Origin: the human T2T-CHM13v2.0 reference genome, Homo sapiens
Assembly (NCBI RefSeq): GCF_009914755.1
Contig: NC_060926.1
Length of the DNA: 64,000 nt
Direction: 5' to 3' (one strand)
Shown: piece after piece, positions 1 to 17,355 of the stretch
Layout of the letters: every line of letters starts with the position of its first letter
Numbering within the stretch: position 1 is the stretch's first letter
The notes under the pieces: generated by a model
What the model saw: the letters and a program-made list of their open reading frames with translations, nothing else
Database searches by the model: none
What the model was told of the DNA's origin: nothing
Translations under genes and position numbers: made by a program

Positions 1-290
1 AAAATAATTATGCGAGGGGAGATGTAATTATTAAATTGGGTGGCCAAGGATAGTGTATCTGAGGAGGTGATATTTTAGCAGAATAAAAGAAGGATTAAGC
101 CACACAATAACTTGAGAAGAGAGAATGCTTGGCAAGAAAAAACAAAGTATACATAGTTGGATATTATGATTAGAGATTAGATAGATGCACTGAGTTCACT
201 GTAGAGGAATTTGAGTTATGTAGAAAAAGAAAAGGTAGATGGACTAGAGAAAATGTGGAGAGTCAAAGTGAAAAATATATTCTAGGAGAG
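1..290 (-). mobile_element. L2 LINE fragment (degenerate)
   Basis: Purine-rich text such as 'gggtggccaaggatagtgtatctgaggaggtgatattttagcag' resembles the antisense L2 3' region. Boundaries approximate. Confidence 0.5.
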
Positions 291-499
291 AGAAAAAACG
301 TATAAGCAGGCTTTTAGATCATTTAAAACCAACCTATCATACTATAGATGCTTCATTGCAGACTTCAAAATGAAGACATATGGCTTCCGACACCCAAGAA
401 CATTCCTTAGCTTATCCCAAACTGTTATGTGTTAAGCTAAATTTACTATTACACGTCTTTTTAATACCATCCCCATTGTAGGGCACAATCCTATAGAAA

Positions 500-930
500 A
501 CATTAAAGGAGTGGTTAATAATGTATTTTCATGGATTTTCCTTGTAACACTAATAAAAGAAAACAAAACCACCAAAGTATTCAGCAATAGAAAATATGCT
601 GATTAAACTGTGGTTCTCTCATACAAGGAAATTTTATACAGTGTTTTAAAAAGATGATATAGGTCCATATTAAGATGATAATGTCATCAACAAATTGAAT
701 AAAATATTAGGTTATATAACATCAGGTACAGTTTAAGGCAATTTTTGTAAAATTATCCCCTTCTATTTAGAAACCATCGCGTGTGTCTGTGTGTGCACAT
801 GCATGCACGAAATGATGGCTATATATCTATTTCTACAAATGGAAAAATATTCAGTAACATAATCATTATATGTATCTTCAAGGAATGGTGTTTTTTACTG
901 AGTTCTTACTTTAAAAATTTGTCCTATATT
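500..930 (+). mobile_element. Ancient L1ME-like 3' fragment
   Basis: 'caaagtattcagcaatagaaaatatgctgattaaactgtggtt...aaattttatacag' resembles the L1M ORF2 end/3'UTR. Highly diverged. Confidence 0.5.
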
Positions 931-3067
931 GTGATTTCCTTTATAATAAGATTATATGTGGCCCAAACAGAATATTTTCCATGTTTAAAATAGAAGACAC
1001 CAATAATATAAACATTTTGGCCTCTATTTCTCAAATTAGGTCATCATAGTTTTTAGAAATACTTCTTAGGGTTTTACCTCCTATATCAGCTTTCTATTAC
1101 TTTAAGCTGTAACACAATGATAATATATTTCAATTTGGGTATGGTGCTCCTATTCTTGCTATTCTAAGTATTAAAAAATGCACTTTATTTTTTTTTAAAC
1201 TCTCCTAGCTATACACATTTTTCTGCTTAAAGAATATTTAAGTATTAACAATTTGCTGAAATTTTTACTTTGAGTTTTACAGGTTTATAGTTTTAGTGTC
1301 CATTCCTAAGAAGATGGACTTATTTTAATACTCTTATAAATCATTGAACCTTAGATAAGGAAACAGAAGATGAAATTCAGAAGATACAGACACCAAGGGA
1401 ATCATATTTAATCCTCATAGTTCAAATAAGGAATGATAGGTTAGGTCTTGGCATTGTTAGCCTATCATATAACTGAAACATAATGAAGCCACAGAAAACC
1501 TAAGGTAATCTAAAAATTCAACAAAGGAAACAAAACTTCTGTTTAGACATGGGGAAAAGATTGATGTCAGGTGTAAATACCTCCAATGTTTGTTCTTTAT
1601 ATTTCATATAAACTTGGAAAGCATGGGAAGACACCTTTCAGAGAGAAAAACAGAAAAAGTTCTCCTTAAGAGAAACTTAAAATAACTCTACCTATTCATC
1701 CCTCTGAAACAGGTATGACATTGCATCATAATATATGAGAATTAGTGTGAAACCAGAATTTAAACTGATATGTTTGCCAGTGTCAGACTTGCTTGGATAG
1801 ATGAAAAATGAAACTTCAGCTACTTTTAAACATTTACAGATGTTCTGATGGTTTATGTGCATGAAAATGTGCGTGCGTGTGTGTCTGTGTATTCTGTCCT
1901 GCTAATGCAGTTGAAACAACAAATTCACTTGGCTTTCATCTGACTTCCTCTGACTTCCAGTGTCAAAAATTGATTATTATCAGAGACAAGGAAAATAATG
2001 GAATATAAAGCATTGCTGATAAAAATATTATTCTAAATATGTCAAGACAAAAAATACAAGCTGAGGAAAACAGTGCTAGAATGTATTGATTTGTTAAAAG
2101 TATAAACAGAATGTGTGATAAGAATTTTTTAAATCCTTATTTCTGAAGGAGAATTTGATTTTGAATCAGAATATAAATAGAACAAAGTCTTGACTATGTT
2201 TTCTGTAAAATACTGCACCTCATACTAGATTGTCTTGAAATATAAAAAGGAACTATTACATTATTTTAAAATTTACATTGCATTGTGCTAAATTAACAGC
2301 CCCAAATCACCTACTGCTAATCAGCAAACACCAGGCAGTTTTGCCACAACAGGCAACTATTTAGAAACTGTAAAACTATCAGCTTTGGCTAACAGAGTTA
2401 AATAAATACTTGGAGTTCTTATCCAGCCCAAGATTATGACTTTTAATTCCAGGGAAAACTGACCTCTTCATCTGAAAGAACCTTTATAGCTTAAAGCCCT
2501 GCTGAAGTCATTTTCTTAAGTTAATCAGATTTCCACACTGGGGTTCCACAGTAGGAAAGAGAATTCATACAAATGAGCTCTTTTCCCACCTGCAGTTTCT
2601 CTTTAGTTCATAAGAGCCTTATGCGATAATTTATTTTATATAAGAATTATTCTTGATAAATCCAAAGGTAACTTTTTAAGGAGAAGCACATACTCATCCA
2701 GGTATTCCAAATAATCAAGACAGAAGTTGAGTGCTTCCTCTCAACTATATAATAGTCATAATCAAGTATTATATTTTATTAAGACTTTGTGTATGTACTG
2801 TACTCAACACAGCTAGAAAAGTGAACAAGAAAAGTTTCTACTTGTACTTTTGTGTAATTTTTTTAAGTACACTTTTTATAACGTACAATGCAACATATTT
2901 CCAAAAACATTTTATTCATTCTACCTTACTGGAGTTTTCCTAAATATTTTATGGGGGAAAACAAAAATAATTAAAAAGAGAGTAACCAAAGAGAAAAATT
3001 CACACAGATAGAAATGATAAATCCTGAATCCCCCAAAATTACACAACTCCAATTATAAGATAGGGTC

Positions 3068-3860
3068 TGTGGTAGACAAAATAATGACTCCCCAAGGATA
3101 TTCATGCCCGAATCCTGAAATATATAAATAAGTTACCTTATATGACAAAGAAGACTCTGAACATGTGATTAAGAACCTGGAGGCCAGTCTTGGTGGCTCA
3201 TGCATGTAATTCCAGTGCTTTGCAAGGCCAGAGCAAGGGGAAGACTTAAGGCTAGGAGTTCAGTAACAGCCTGGACAGCACAGTGAGACCCCATCTCTAC
3301 AAAAATGTTTAAAATTAGCCAGACATGGTGGTGCACACCCATAGGACTAGCTACTTGGGAGGCTGAGACCGGAGGATTGCTTGAGCCCGGGAGTTCAAGG
3401 CTGCAGGGAGCTACAGTTGCAACACTGCACTCCATCTGGGCAACAGAGTGAGACACTGTCTCTGGAAAAAAGAAAGATTAAGGACTTTGAGATGGGGAGA
3501 TTGCCCTGGATTATCCAGATTGGGCTTTACAAGTCCTTAAACATGGAGAACATTACCTAGCTGTGGTCAGAGGCAGATGTGACTATGGGATAATGGTCAG
3601 AGAGATGTGACATTGATGACTTTGAAGATGAAGGAATGAGGCCATGAGCCAAGCAATGTGGGAGGCCTCTAGAAGCTGAAAAAGGCAAGGAAACAGATTC
3701 CACTGTAGGGCCTCCAGAAAGGAATGCAGCCCGGCCAACACCATCATAATCCTGGGAGACTTTGTTTGATTTGCGAATTACAGAACATCAAGATAATAAA
3801 TTTGTATTGTTCTAAACCATTAAGTTTGTGGTATTTTGTTATAGGCAATAGAAAACATGC
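3068..3860 (+). mobile_element. MaLR solo LTR, MLT1D-like, interrupted by AluJ
   Basis: Starts 'tgtggtagacaaaataatgactcccc'. Contains 'gactttgaagatgaaggaatgaggccatgagccaag...ctagaagctgaaaaaggcaaggaaacagattc' and ends 'gcaatagaaaac'. Confidence 0.85.
3182..3475 (+). mobile_element. AluJ
   Basis: Dimeric Alu with J-type 'ggaggattgcttgagcccgggagttcaaggctgcag'. Degenerate TSD gattaagaacctgga (3167-3181) / gattaaggactttga (3476-3490). Confidence 0.93.
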
Positions 3861-3865
3861 AGGAT

Positions 3866-4105
3866 TGGTTGCATGCAGTGACTCCCACCTGTAATCCCAG
3901 CACTTTGGGAGGGAGAGGCAGGCAAACTCCCAGCTGGGTTTTTGTATTATTGTACAAAAAATGCAAAAAAATTAGCTAGGCATGGTGGTGCATGCCTGTT
4001 GTCACAGCTACTTGGGAGGCTGAGGATAACCTGAGCACAGGGAGGTTGAGGCTGCAGTGAGCTGTTATTGTGCCACTGCTCTCCCAACCTGGGTGACACA
4101 GTGAG
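3866..4105 (+). mobile_element. AluJ with rearranged left monomer
   Basis: Alu 5' start and J-type right monomer. The distal left monomer is replaced by an inverted copy of the A-rich linker (3932-3953). Confidence 0.85.
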
Positions 4106-4185
4106 GAGAGAGAGAGAGAGAGAGAGAGACCATGAGAGAAAGGAGAAGAGAAGAGAACAGAAGAGAAGAGAAAAAGAGAGAAAGA
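4105..4185 (+). repeat. (GA)n / GA-rich low complexity
   Basis: 'gagagagagagagagagagagac...agaagagaagagaacagaagag' is directly visible. Confidence 0.95.
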
Positions 4186-4490
<305 letters not shown>

Positions 4491-4642
4491 GAAAAAGGAA
4501 GGAAGGAGGGAGGGAGGGGGAGAGGGAGGCAGGGGAAAAGAAAAGAAAAAAGAAAGAGATAAAGAGAGAAAGAGAGAGAGAGAGGAAGGGAGGGAGGAAG
4601 AGCGGAAAGGAGGGAGGGAGGGAGGAAGGAAGAAAGGAAGAC
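4491..4642 (+). repeat. Polypurine (GA-rich) low-complexity tract
   Basis: About 150 bp of almost pure A/G, in ggaa/ggga/gaga units. Confidence 0.95.
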
Positions 4643-5210
4643 AACTAAAGCTTCTCCCCTCATACTGTGCCTCTTACTGTGATCTTACAAAAGAAGAGGC
4701 AAGTGTGTTAGCACACTATTTGAAGACTTCATTTCTACAGTGAAAGACATTGCAAAGTGGCATTTAATTTTTGATTTCCCCAGCATCCTCTCCAACAGCC
4801 CTTGCCCATAGTGCAGGCATGATATCAAAGCCAAGCCAAGTAAATAGGATTCCCTGTCAAGGGGCTCTTTAATTCTTGATCAGTGAAAAGAAGGAAAACA
4901 ATTGGGAAAGTATTTTCTGCAGTCTAGATGCCAATGTCAGTAACTACTTTGCTTTCAATCCTGTTTCTGATTCTTAATATGCAATTTTTCTCAGTAACAA
5001 TCATATTCCTCCAAATAACAGTCTTCTTGTCGTTGTTATAGTTTATAACCAAAACTGGTCTCTCTGGTTTGCAACCAAAGAACCCTAAATGTTCAACAGA
5101 ACATTTAAATCAATGTGTATGCACATATCTGGGCCTCCCAGGAGTTTGACAAATCTGATAAAATTGAAGTATATTTCCCTATATTTTTCTTGCTTGCAAT
5201 TCCTCCTTAG

Positions 5211-5553
<343 letters not shown>

Positions 5554-6449
5554 TCTAATCTATTTTTTTTTCCATTTGACTTTTCTCACATGCCCCTTAT
5601 TTTTCACCAAAAATGACTTTTCTATCATCTGTGTTCCTACAAGAGAATAGCTAATCTAAAACTCTCCATTGAGAGATATTAATGGTTGTCCTAAATGTAT
5701 ATACTATTGTGCCCAGACTGCCCCAAATAAAATATATTTTTTACAGATCTATAATGGTGGTATTAATAACAATTGATTATCTGTCAGAGCATGATGGATT
5801 ATTTTAAAATAAAATTTAGATTTATTTTATTTTTCCTCCTCGACTTACTCCACTTGCTTAGAGAAGTTAGTCTTTGATTCTCTTCTTAAGTATTACAAAA
5901 AGCGCCATTTATAAGTAAGCATCAGAGGTGGCCAAATAGTTGCAGATGAAATTTAATATGTATGCATTTCAGTTCTTTTTTTTAAATATTACTTGTAAAT
6001 AATTATCTCCCCTCAATCACTTTTTTCTTATTTCAGAAAATGAAGTATGTGATTGCAAAGAATGAGGAAATGTAATAAAGAAAGTTCTCAAGGTGCTAAA
6101 ACTATTAACATCTTAGAAATCTGTACATTAAATTCAGAGGTTATTGATTTTTACTAACATCACAGAAGCAGGGAAGATTGAGAACTCCTTAAGAATACAT
6201 AAAAAGTTAGAGTTTAAATTAATCGCCAGACTACTGCCCATCTTTTGAATAAGTTCTCTCTAATAGTAGAGTGATGATAATGACCTAACATTAGACAAAC
6301 TTTAAATGAAATGTTTGTGTTTTCAAGAGAAACATGAAAAATTGGCAATTATCCAATCCATTTGATCAATATATGCAGTGAAAATGTACCTTTCAGTACA
6401 GAAAATTCCATGTGGAGCTTTACTCACCAGGTGAGGCTTTCTCCTAGCG

Positions 6450-6958
<509 letters not shown>

Positions 6959-7459
6959 AGACAGCTATTATTTTTTTCATTGTTGTGTTTACATCTCCAT
7001 CAGGAGTTCTTAAACAGTGCTCTGTGGAATCTTTGGGGCAAGGAAAGAAGAAAAGGCCTTCTGCATGCAGCCTTGACCCTCTCCCTAGCCCTGTCTTTCA
7101 AGGATAGGAACACTACTTAAATTTGTCTTTCAAATTGAAATTCTCTGTAGAGGGAGAATTTGGAAAGATTCCACTGGGGAACAAGTTGGAAAACCACTAT
7201 AGAATAATTACCAGAATTCTATCTATCATTCTAACTTTTTTTACAAAGAATAACACTAAATTTTATAGTCATATATAAGTTCACCTATTTTTTCGTTCTC
7301 AAATACACTCTACTTGATATATTGTTTCCTATCTTTACTTTGAAGTCTTATTAAACGTAAGGAGAAATTCACATATTTTACACTGTACTATGATTTATTT
7401 GTATATTGAAAGATCTTTATGCAGGCATATTTGCCAATTTAAAAATGATCTCAAGATTT

Positions 7460-10400
7460 TTAATTATTGTGGTTAAAAAAACTCATGAGACCTATTGTTT
7501 TAACAAATTGTTAAATGTATAGTCCAGGTTTGTGAACTATAATCACAATGTTGTACAGCAGATCTCTAAAACTGTTTCTTCTGGCATGATTATTTCTGTA
7601 TCCACTCAATAGCAACTTCCTATTTCTCTGTCCTCCCATCCCCTGGCAACCACCTTTCTACTTTCTGTTTCAATGAGACAACAGCATTAGATACCCCATA
7701 TAAGTAGAATCATGCAAAAATTTTTCTTCTGTGACTGGCTTAACATTCTTTCACTTAGCATAACATCCTTTAGGTGCATCTATGACAGAATTTCTTTCTT
7801 TTTAGCTGATTAATATTGCATCATATGTATAAACCACATTTTCTTTCTATGTTCACCATCGAGGGACATTTAAGTTATTTCCACCTCTTGGTTATGCTGC
7901 AATGAACATGGGAGTGCAAATATCTCTTGAAGATCCTGATTTAAATTCTTTTGAAGAAGTACCCAAAGAAGTATTGCTGCATCATATGGTAGTTCTATTT
8001 TTTTTTTTTTTTTTTTACAAATCTCCATACTGTTTTAGATAGGAGCTGAGAGAGTTTACATATCTACCAACAGCACACAAGGCTCTCAATTTCTCTACAT
8101 CCTTGCCAGCACATCATTTTAAAGTTTTATTTGCTGTCATTTTATTGACAATGGCCTTCCTTATAGCTATGAGGTAATACATCATTGTGGTTTTGATTTG
8201 TATTTTCTTGATGATGAATGATATTGTACATCTTTTCATAACTCTATTAGTCATTTGTATGTCTTCACTGGACAAAGATGAAGAAATGCCTATGCAAGTC
8301 CTTTGCCCATTTTTTAAAATCAGGTTTTTAGTTGTTGTTTGCTATTGAGTTGTATGAGTTTCTTATATATTTTGGACATTAACCCTTTATCAGATATATG
8401 GTTTTCAAATATTTTCTCCCACTGTTTAGGTTTCACTCTGTTGATTGTTTCCTTGGTTGAAAAGCAGATTTTTAGTTTGATGTAATCTCACTTGTCTATT
8501 TTTGCTTTTGTTGCCTGTGCTTTTGGTATTATATTCAAAAAATCATGAATATCAATGTTATAACCCTTTTGCCCTACATTCTTTTCTTTAAATTTTACAT
8601 TTCAGAGCTTACATTTAAGTCTTTCATCCATTTGGAGTTGATTTTTGTGTAGTGTAAAACAGAGCACAATATTTTTTTTTTTTTTTGCATGTGGATACCC
8701 AGTTACTCAACATCATTTGTTGAAGAGGCTACCCTTTCCTCATTGTCCAGTTTGGGCACTCTTGTCAAAGATCATTTGAGTATGTGTGGGTTTATTTCTG
8801 GGCTCTGTGTTCTGTTCCATTGAAGTAATGGCTGCCTTCATAGCAGTACTACACAGCTTTGATTTCTGTAGCTCTGTAATTAATGTGTTTTAAAAAGAGG
8901 AAATGAAAGTACTCCATCTTTGTCCATCTTCCCCAAGGTGATTTAGGCTCTTTGGGATCCACTGGGGTTCCATATGAATTTTAGAATTTTTTTTTTCTAT
9001 TTCTGTAAAAAATGCCATTAGGATTTTGAGAGGAATTCCACTGAATCTGTAGATCACTTTGAATAGTATGGACATTTTCACAGTATCAAGTCTTCTGATC
9101 CATGAACATAGGAGGTCTTTCCATTATTTTTTAATTTTTTGCAGCAATGTTTTCTGCTTTGCCTCATTGATTAAGTTTATTCCTAAGTATTATATTATTT
9201 TTAATGCTATTATAAATGGGATTCTTTTCTCAATTTTCTTATTGAATATTACTTTTTTTGAGTCTTCAGAATTCTCTACATTTAAGACCATGCCATATAA
9301 TTTTATTGATTTCCAATTTGAATGTCTTTTATTTATTTTCTTTTCTAATTGCTCTGGCTAGGACTTTCAGTACTGTATTTAATAGAAGAATAACAGTGGG
9401 CATCCTCTTAATGTGCCATTGAATTCACTTTGCTAATACTTTCTTAAGGATTTTTGGATCTTATTTATTAAGGATATTGACCTGTATTTTCTTTTCTTGT
9501 GATGCCTTTTCCTGTCTTCAGTATCAGGGTCATGCTGGCCTCATAAAATGAGTTTGAAAGTTTTGCTGTGGAATCATTTGAGAAGGATCCATGTTTATTC
9601 TTCTTTATAATATTTAGTAGAATTCATCAGTGAAGCTATCTGGTTCTGAGATTTTCTTTGTTGGCAGATTTTTTGATTACTGATTAAATCTTACTGGTCA
9701 TAGATCTGTTCAGACTTTCTATTTCTTCTCAATTCAATCTTGGTAGGTAGTAGGCTAATAGGAATTTATCCAGCTTTTCTAAGATACCCAATTTGTTGTT
9801 GCATAATTGCTCATAGTCTCTTATAAACTTTTCCATTTCTGTAACAATCTGTAATGTCTCCTTTTTCATTTCTGATTTTATGAGTCTTCTCTCTTTTTTC
9901 TTAATCTAGCTAAAGATTTGTCAATTTCGGTGATCTGTAAAAATAACTTCTAGATTTATTTTTTCTATTGTTTCTATATTTCTGTCTCATTTATTTCTGC
10001 TCTAATCTTCATAATTTTCTTACTACTTTGGGCTTAGTTTTTCTTTTTCTACTTCTTTGAGGTATAGATTATTTATTTGAGATCTTTATTTCATTTCATT
10101 TCATTCAGAAAACATGCTTGTTATAATTTCAACCTTCTTAAATATGTTAATACTTATTTTGTGACCTAACATATGACCTATACTGAAGAATGTTCTGTGT
10201 ACTTGAGAAAAGTGTGTATTCTGCTGCTGTTGGGTGGATTGTTCTGTGTATGTTTGTCAGGTACATTTTATCTATAGGGCTATTAAAGCCCTCTGCTTCC
10301 TTATTGATCTCCTGTCTGGATGTTCTATTCAATAATGAAAGTGGGGTATAAAAATGCCTTACTATTATTGTGTTACTATTTCTTCTTTCAGTTATGCCAT

Positions 10401-11430
10401 TGTACACTTCAAATATTTGGGTGCTCTGATGTTGGACACATACACATTTATAATTGTTATATTTTGCTGATGAGTTGACCATTTTATAATTATATAACGT
10501 CCTTATCTATGAGACAGTGTTTGACTCATGTGTCTTATAATATTGTGTTGGGATATAAACATTTGAAAATGCAGCCACGTATCCCAGTCTTTATGACTGA
10601 CCTTGTACAGGGAAAGACCTTCACCGTCAGCCCAGCTAGAGATTCTGGAAGCCTCTGAAATCTTTTGGAGAAATAATACTTTTCTGGACCTGTGAATGCA
10701 ATTCTTCAGTTAGAAAGAATTGGCAGCTACTTTACCAAAAGCTCGTAAGTTTTTGCTCTCCCTGATGTCAGTCTGTGTCAGCAAGCCACTCTGCTCTTCC
10801 TTGTTCTTGTCAGCCGTGAAACATCTGAAGTATGCCAACACATTGTCAGTGTACCAAGGCAGGTAAGACATATTCTGGTCACTTGCACAGCCCTCTAAGA
10901 AGATAGAACATTACATCCATACTCCACTCCCTCCTTTCCTTCTAAAGGAGAATTCTCAAGTTGTGCTCATTAGCTGGATTTTGCCCAGCCATGTTGGCCA
11001 TACCAAGCTTCCAGCTACTCTTCTTGTTTCTAAGTGGCCCCCAGAAATACACACTATACTTGTTTCATCAGTGCTCATGGGGTGAAACAGAAACTAGTCC
11101 CTCAGGTAGTCCTCAGAAAAACCAGAATGTTGGGTGCTTGGTGCACTCTTCTTTTTCCCTTGAAAGATAGTAAATTAGAGTGTTCTACCCTGATGTTGGG
11201 TTGTGCCAGCTTGAAGGAAGGGCCAACATGGGTAAAATTAAACCACTCTTCTTATGCCTTTCAACGTAGCTGTTCTTGGCTTTGTGCTCTCCTGGAATAC
11301 CACAACCTCATAACTGGATTTTAGCATTTCGTAATGGTACTTTGGTTCATACACTGTTGTTAAAGTGATGTTTTTGTGGAGGAACAAGGGCTGCAACTTC
11401 CTATTTTGCCATCTTGCTGATATCGCTTCT
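7460..11430 (-). mobile_element. Old L1 (L1MB1/L1MA9-grade 3' end) with decayed ORF2 pieces and 5' end, internally deleted
   Basis: 3'UTR motif 'cacaatgttgtacagcagatctcta'. ORF-track pieces 8890-9081 and 10147-10482 resemble L1 ORF2 (endonuclease-like 'YRTIHPTAAEYTLFSS' region). 'gccatcttg' at ~11408 is the reverse of the L1 5' YY1 motif caagatggc. Confidence 0.85.
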
Positions 11431-11485
11431 GGAGTTTTAATTTTTTAACACTCAAAGAAATACACTTTAAAAATTTACCTCTTTC

Positions 11486-11853
<368 letters not shown>

Positions 11854-12029
11854 CTACTCAAAAAGGGCTAACAATAATACAGAACAGACATATCTTACTA
11901 TTAGAATCTTTCAAACTTTATCTCATACTTCTTGTCATTGATTCTAAGCTTAAGATTAAGTGTCTTTTGCTAGAGAGGGCCTTATGAACTTTTATGCCAT
12001 GTCTGCTATTGCTTATAATATTCTCTCTC

Positions 12030-12312
12030 CCAGGCAGACTCTTTCTCTATCTCTGAACGTACCAATGATCTCATTTTTAAGATCCACATTAAATACCATT
12101 CTCTTCTGAAGACTTTCCTTAGTTTTTCCCAATTGAATGTAATGTCTTTCATCTTTGAGTCTCTCTCTTGGTTGTTGAGGATAGACGTCATGCTACCAGA
12201 ATGTAACATTTCTGAAGACAGGGATTTTGTTTTGTTTATGACTATATTAAACAGTGCCTAAATAAGGCCTGACACATAGATGGTCAGGAAACAGTTTTTT
12301 ATGAATGAATGA
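12030..12312 (+). mobile_element. L2 3' end
   Basis: 'gaagacagggattttgttttgttt...agtgccta...gcctgacacatag' followed by the tail 'atgaatgaatga'. Confidence 0.75.
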
Positions 12313-12329
12313 CTTTTGCAAAGTGATAC

Positions 12330-12460
12330 AATCTTACTGTGACTCAGTGACCCAACTTTTTCATCTACAAAATAAAGATAACAAGAGTACCTGTCAGATA
12401 CAGTTATAACAAAAGGCAAATGAGTTGGGCATAGACCACTCATTAAATGTTATCTTTGAT
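12330..12460 (+). mobile_element. MIR fragment
   Basis: 'tttttcatctacaaaataaagataacaagagtacct...cactcattaaatgtta'. Confidence 0.6.
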
Positions 12461-14347
12461 TATTATAATTACCTTTCCATGTATGAATCCACCATAGTAC
12501 TAACCTTAAGGTAAATTTGGAAAATAGTTGAATTTCAGAAAAATTTACTGAATAAAGAAGAGGAGATGTAAAGAATAAAATAAGACAACCACAAACCAAA
12601 ACCATAAGTCAATAGATCTTCACTTCAAAATTTTTAAGAATGTTGTCTTGGATGTTTTTCTGTCTTTAAATCTATTGTAGATTTAAGTTTAAGCCACTAA
12701 CATATTTTAGAAAACTTAGAAATATACTTTTAAGTACAGATACATTTTTTGTTTAACAAATAGTTATAAGAAGACTGATGAAAAATGAAGTTTCACAAAA
12801 AATTATACACACATGCACACACACATATGCATTCTCCATTTGTGGTCATCTTTTATCTATAACTTTTAAGTTCATCCTTACCTTTACGTACATGTCTTTT
12901 CTCAACAGATCAAACATGACATTTATGGCTATATACTTGTTGATAATGATATCATCTTCTCTTCCTGACTCTCCATCTGTCTCTTTTTTCTTGCTGTGTT
13001 TCATGTTTGAAAAACTCTTTATGTCTCAGTATGCCAAGCTATTTTTCTATCTTTCAAGGGATTCTTGATATTATAGAAAGTCTGTGAAGAGATTCAGGTG
13101 GAAGCATTCCCCCAATTCCTCAACATCAAGGCTTAATAGTCAAGATATGAAGTAAGAGGGAATTATTGTACTTGATAATTGAATTAAATCTGTTAGAGGA
13201 AAAAAGTCAGTTGAAAGTCAGATGAAAATGATATTATTCTTCTAGATTACCTTTTTTTATGACAGGAAATACGAAAGTGGGAAATAGGAAGAAGAAAACA
13301 GGGTGTTGTAAAAGGCGAAGAGGAGAAGAGGTATGTTTTAATTTTTCTATTTCATTAATTTGTTCTCTTTAATGATCTTCTCCCTAACCTCTACCTTCTG
13401 GCAGACAATTGTCTCTGTGGTAGTTCACTATGCACATGTATTGCATTGGCTGATGAACATGACTATACTATACCTATCTGAAATGCAGCTGTTTATAATT
13501 GCCCTCTCACTAGGCAACAGCCAGAGCTTTTTTTTTGTTTGTTTGTTTTTAGGGCAAATATTTCCCACACTTGATGCACAGATGGAGAGAGCAGTTAACT
13601 GGCAACAATAATAATCATTCTTCACAGCAGGCTCAGGCTGGAACCAAAGCCACTGGGAAAAGACATGAAACTAAGCTGCTGCATCAAGATTATAAACATC
13701 AAACTTAATAAGATCCAAACTAGCCACTCCTACCCACTCCCCAAAATATTCTAGCTTGTCTTTTCCAGTGAAGGAAGCCTACTCACCTTAGCTGCCATAG
13801 ATGAAAGTTTTTTGGATAACTAAGCAGCTATTGAATGAAAGACCAGGCTTTCATTGGTAAAGTGGTAACAATAAAACGCTCTCCTGCCTTTGCATGCACC
13901 CCCAGAACTCACTGTGCCTGTAGTAGATTAAAACTTTCAGAATGTGTGGATTCTTACTTTGTGGATTAATCTATGCTTTAAAACAAACATTAATTATGTA
14001 TCTATAAATTACATTTAATATACTACTGTTTTCATTATTATCTTTTTCCCTGTCTATTAAAAAAAAAAAACCCTACATTTACACACATAGTTTAGTTATA
14101 AATATATAAATGATTTTGGCTCTTTGAGGAAAGAATATTAAATATAATAAAGTTCATTTACATTTACTTGCTGTGTGTCTCAGTATCAATAACTTAAACA
14201 TATCACCTCTATTTTGAAATTTAAAACATATGATTCAGTTAAAAGATATGACATCTGCAGAAAGCTATTAGCACAATTTCTGTCCAATGGATTGATAATC
14301 ATTCAAGTTTTATAGTTTTATGGAGTTAACTATTACATGACTTCATC

Positions 14348-14647
<300 letters not shown>

Positions 14648-15152
14648 TCATCTTCTTAAATAACTACTTCCATGACATGTAACTTTGGAAGCACTTTTAA
14701 CCTCTAGGACATTGCAATGTGACTCATAACTCTTAAGGAACTAGGCTTCCTGAATCTTCATTACTCTTACCCATTCAGATTTGAAAGGCACTTTGAATAA
14801 ATACAATTAAAAATAATTGCAATATGCTTTATGTATTAATTACTTTGTAATTTTAAGTGATATGATGTATTTAAATGCTCCCATATTTTTCATTTCTTTA
14901 ATTCTAGCACTACATTAATCTCATTAACACCAAGTTTGACTGATTTTTGTTATTGCAGTGTTCTACAGACCTGGGTTCAGTATAAAGCCAGATGTATCAG
15001 AAACATATTGAAATAATATGTACATCTCTCAGTAATTTACTCAATGCACATTCCTATGGCACTAGCCTTTGGGATAACCTTGTAGTGAGGTTTCAATGAA
15101 CCTGAATTACTTTGAAAATCAAAGGAATGCAAAATTGTACTGCTGATTTTTC

Positions 15153-16617
<1,465 letters not shown>

Positions 16618-17119
16618 TCAAATAAAATAAGTATAAAAATTTTAACTGAAATGCAGGTTTTAGAAAAATGACATTCAATTTGAGTATTCTGAAGTATATG
16701 AAATAATCAAGTCCTGATTTGGGCCCATATCCTCATTCTAGTCTCTTAAAAAATATAATACCAAAGCTTCTTTGAAATGACAAAGAAAGAATAGATCCAC
16801 CTGAATATTTGATAAAAATTCACAGTTTAGAAATAATAAACTGAGGCTGGAAAGGAGCAGCTAGAAAGTGATTCTTCTTTGGCTTTGTTTTCTTCTAACC
16901 ATCACTGTAACATTTCATTTCAAAGGTGAAGTACTTTCATATAATGCTTTTTTATTTGTTATTTATTTAGGTAGTTAATTATTTTTTAGGCTGTATTTCC
17001 CAGTGGATCAGAAAGAGTGAGGGTTAAAACAAAGACAAGTAATCTGGTTTACACAGAACTTTTCCAATATTTTATTTTCTTATTAGATTTTATGAAAACA
17101 ATCTTCATTAGTGCATAAA

Positions 17120-17355
17120 CTTTTTTATTATACTTTAAGTTCTGGGATACATGTGCAGAATGTGCAGGTTTGTTACATAGGTATACACGTGCCATGGTGG
17201 TTTGCTGCACCCATCAACCTGTCATCTACATTAGGTATTTCTCCTAGTGCTATCCCACCCCTAGCCCTCCACCCCTGACAGGCCCTGGTGTGTGATGTTC
17301 CCCTCCCTGTGTCCATGAGTTCTCATTGTTCAACTCCCACTTATGAGTGCGAACA
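17120..17355 (-). mobile_element. L1PA (PA7/8-like) 3' fragment
   Basis: L1 3'UTR flanked by a perfect 13 bp TSD 'attagtgcataaa' (17107-17119, 17356-17368). Confidence 0.93.
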
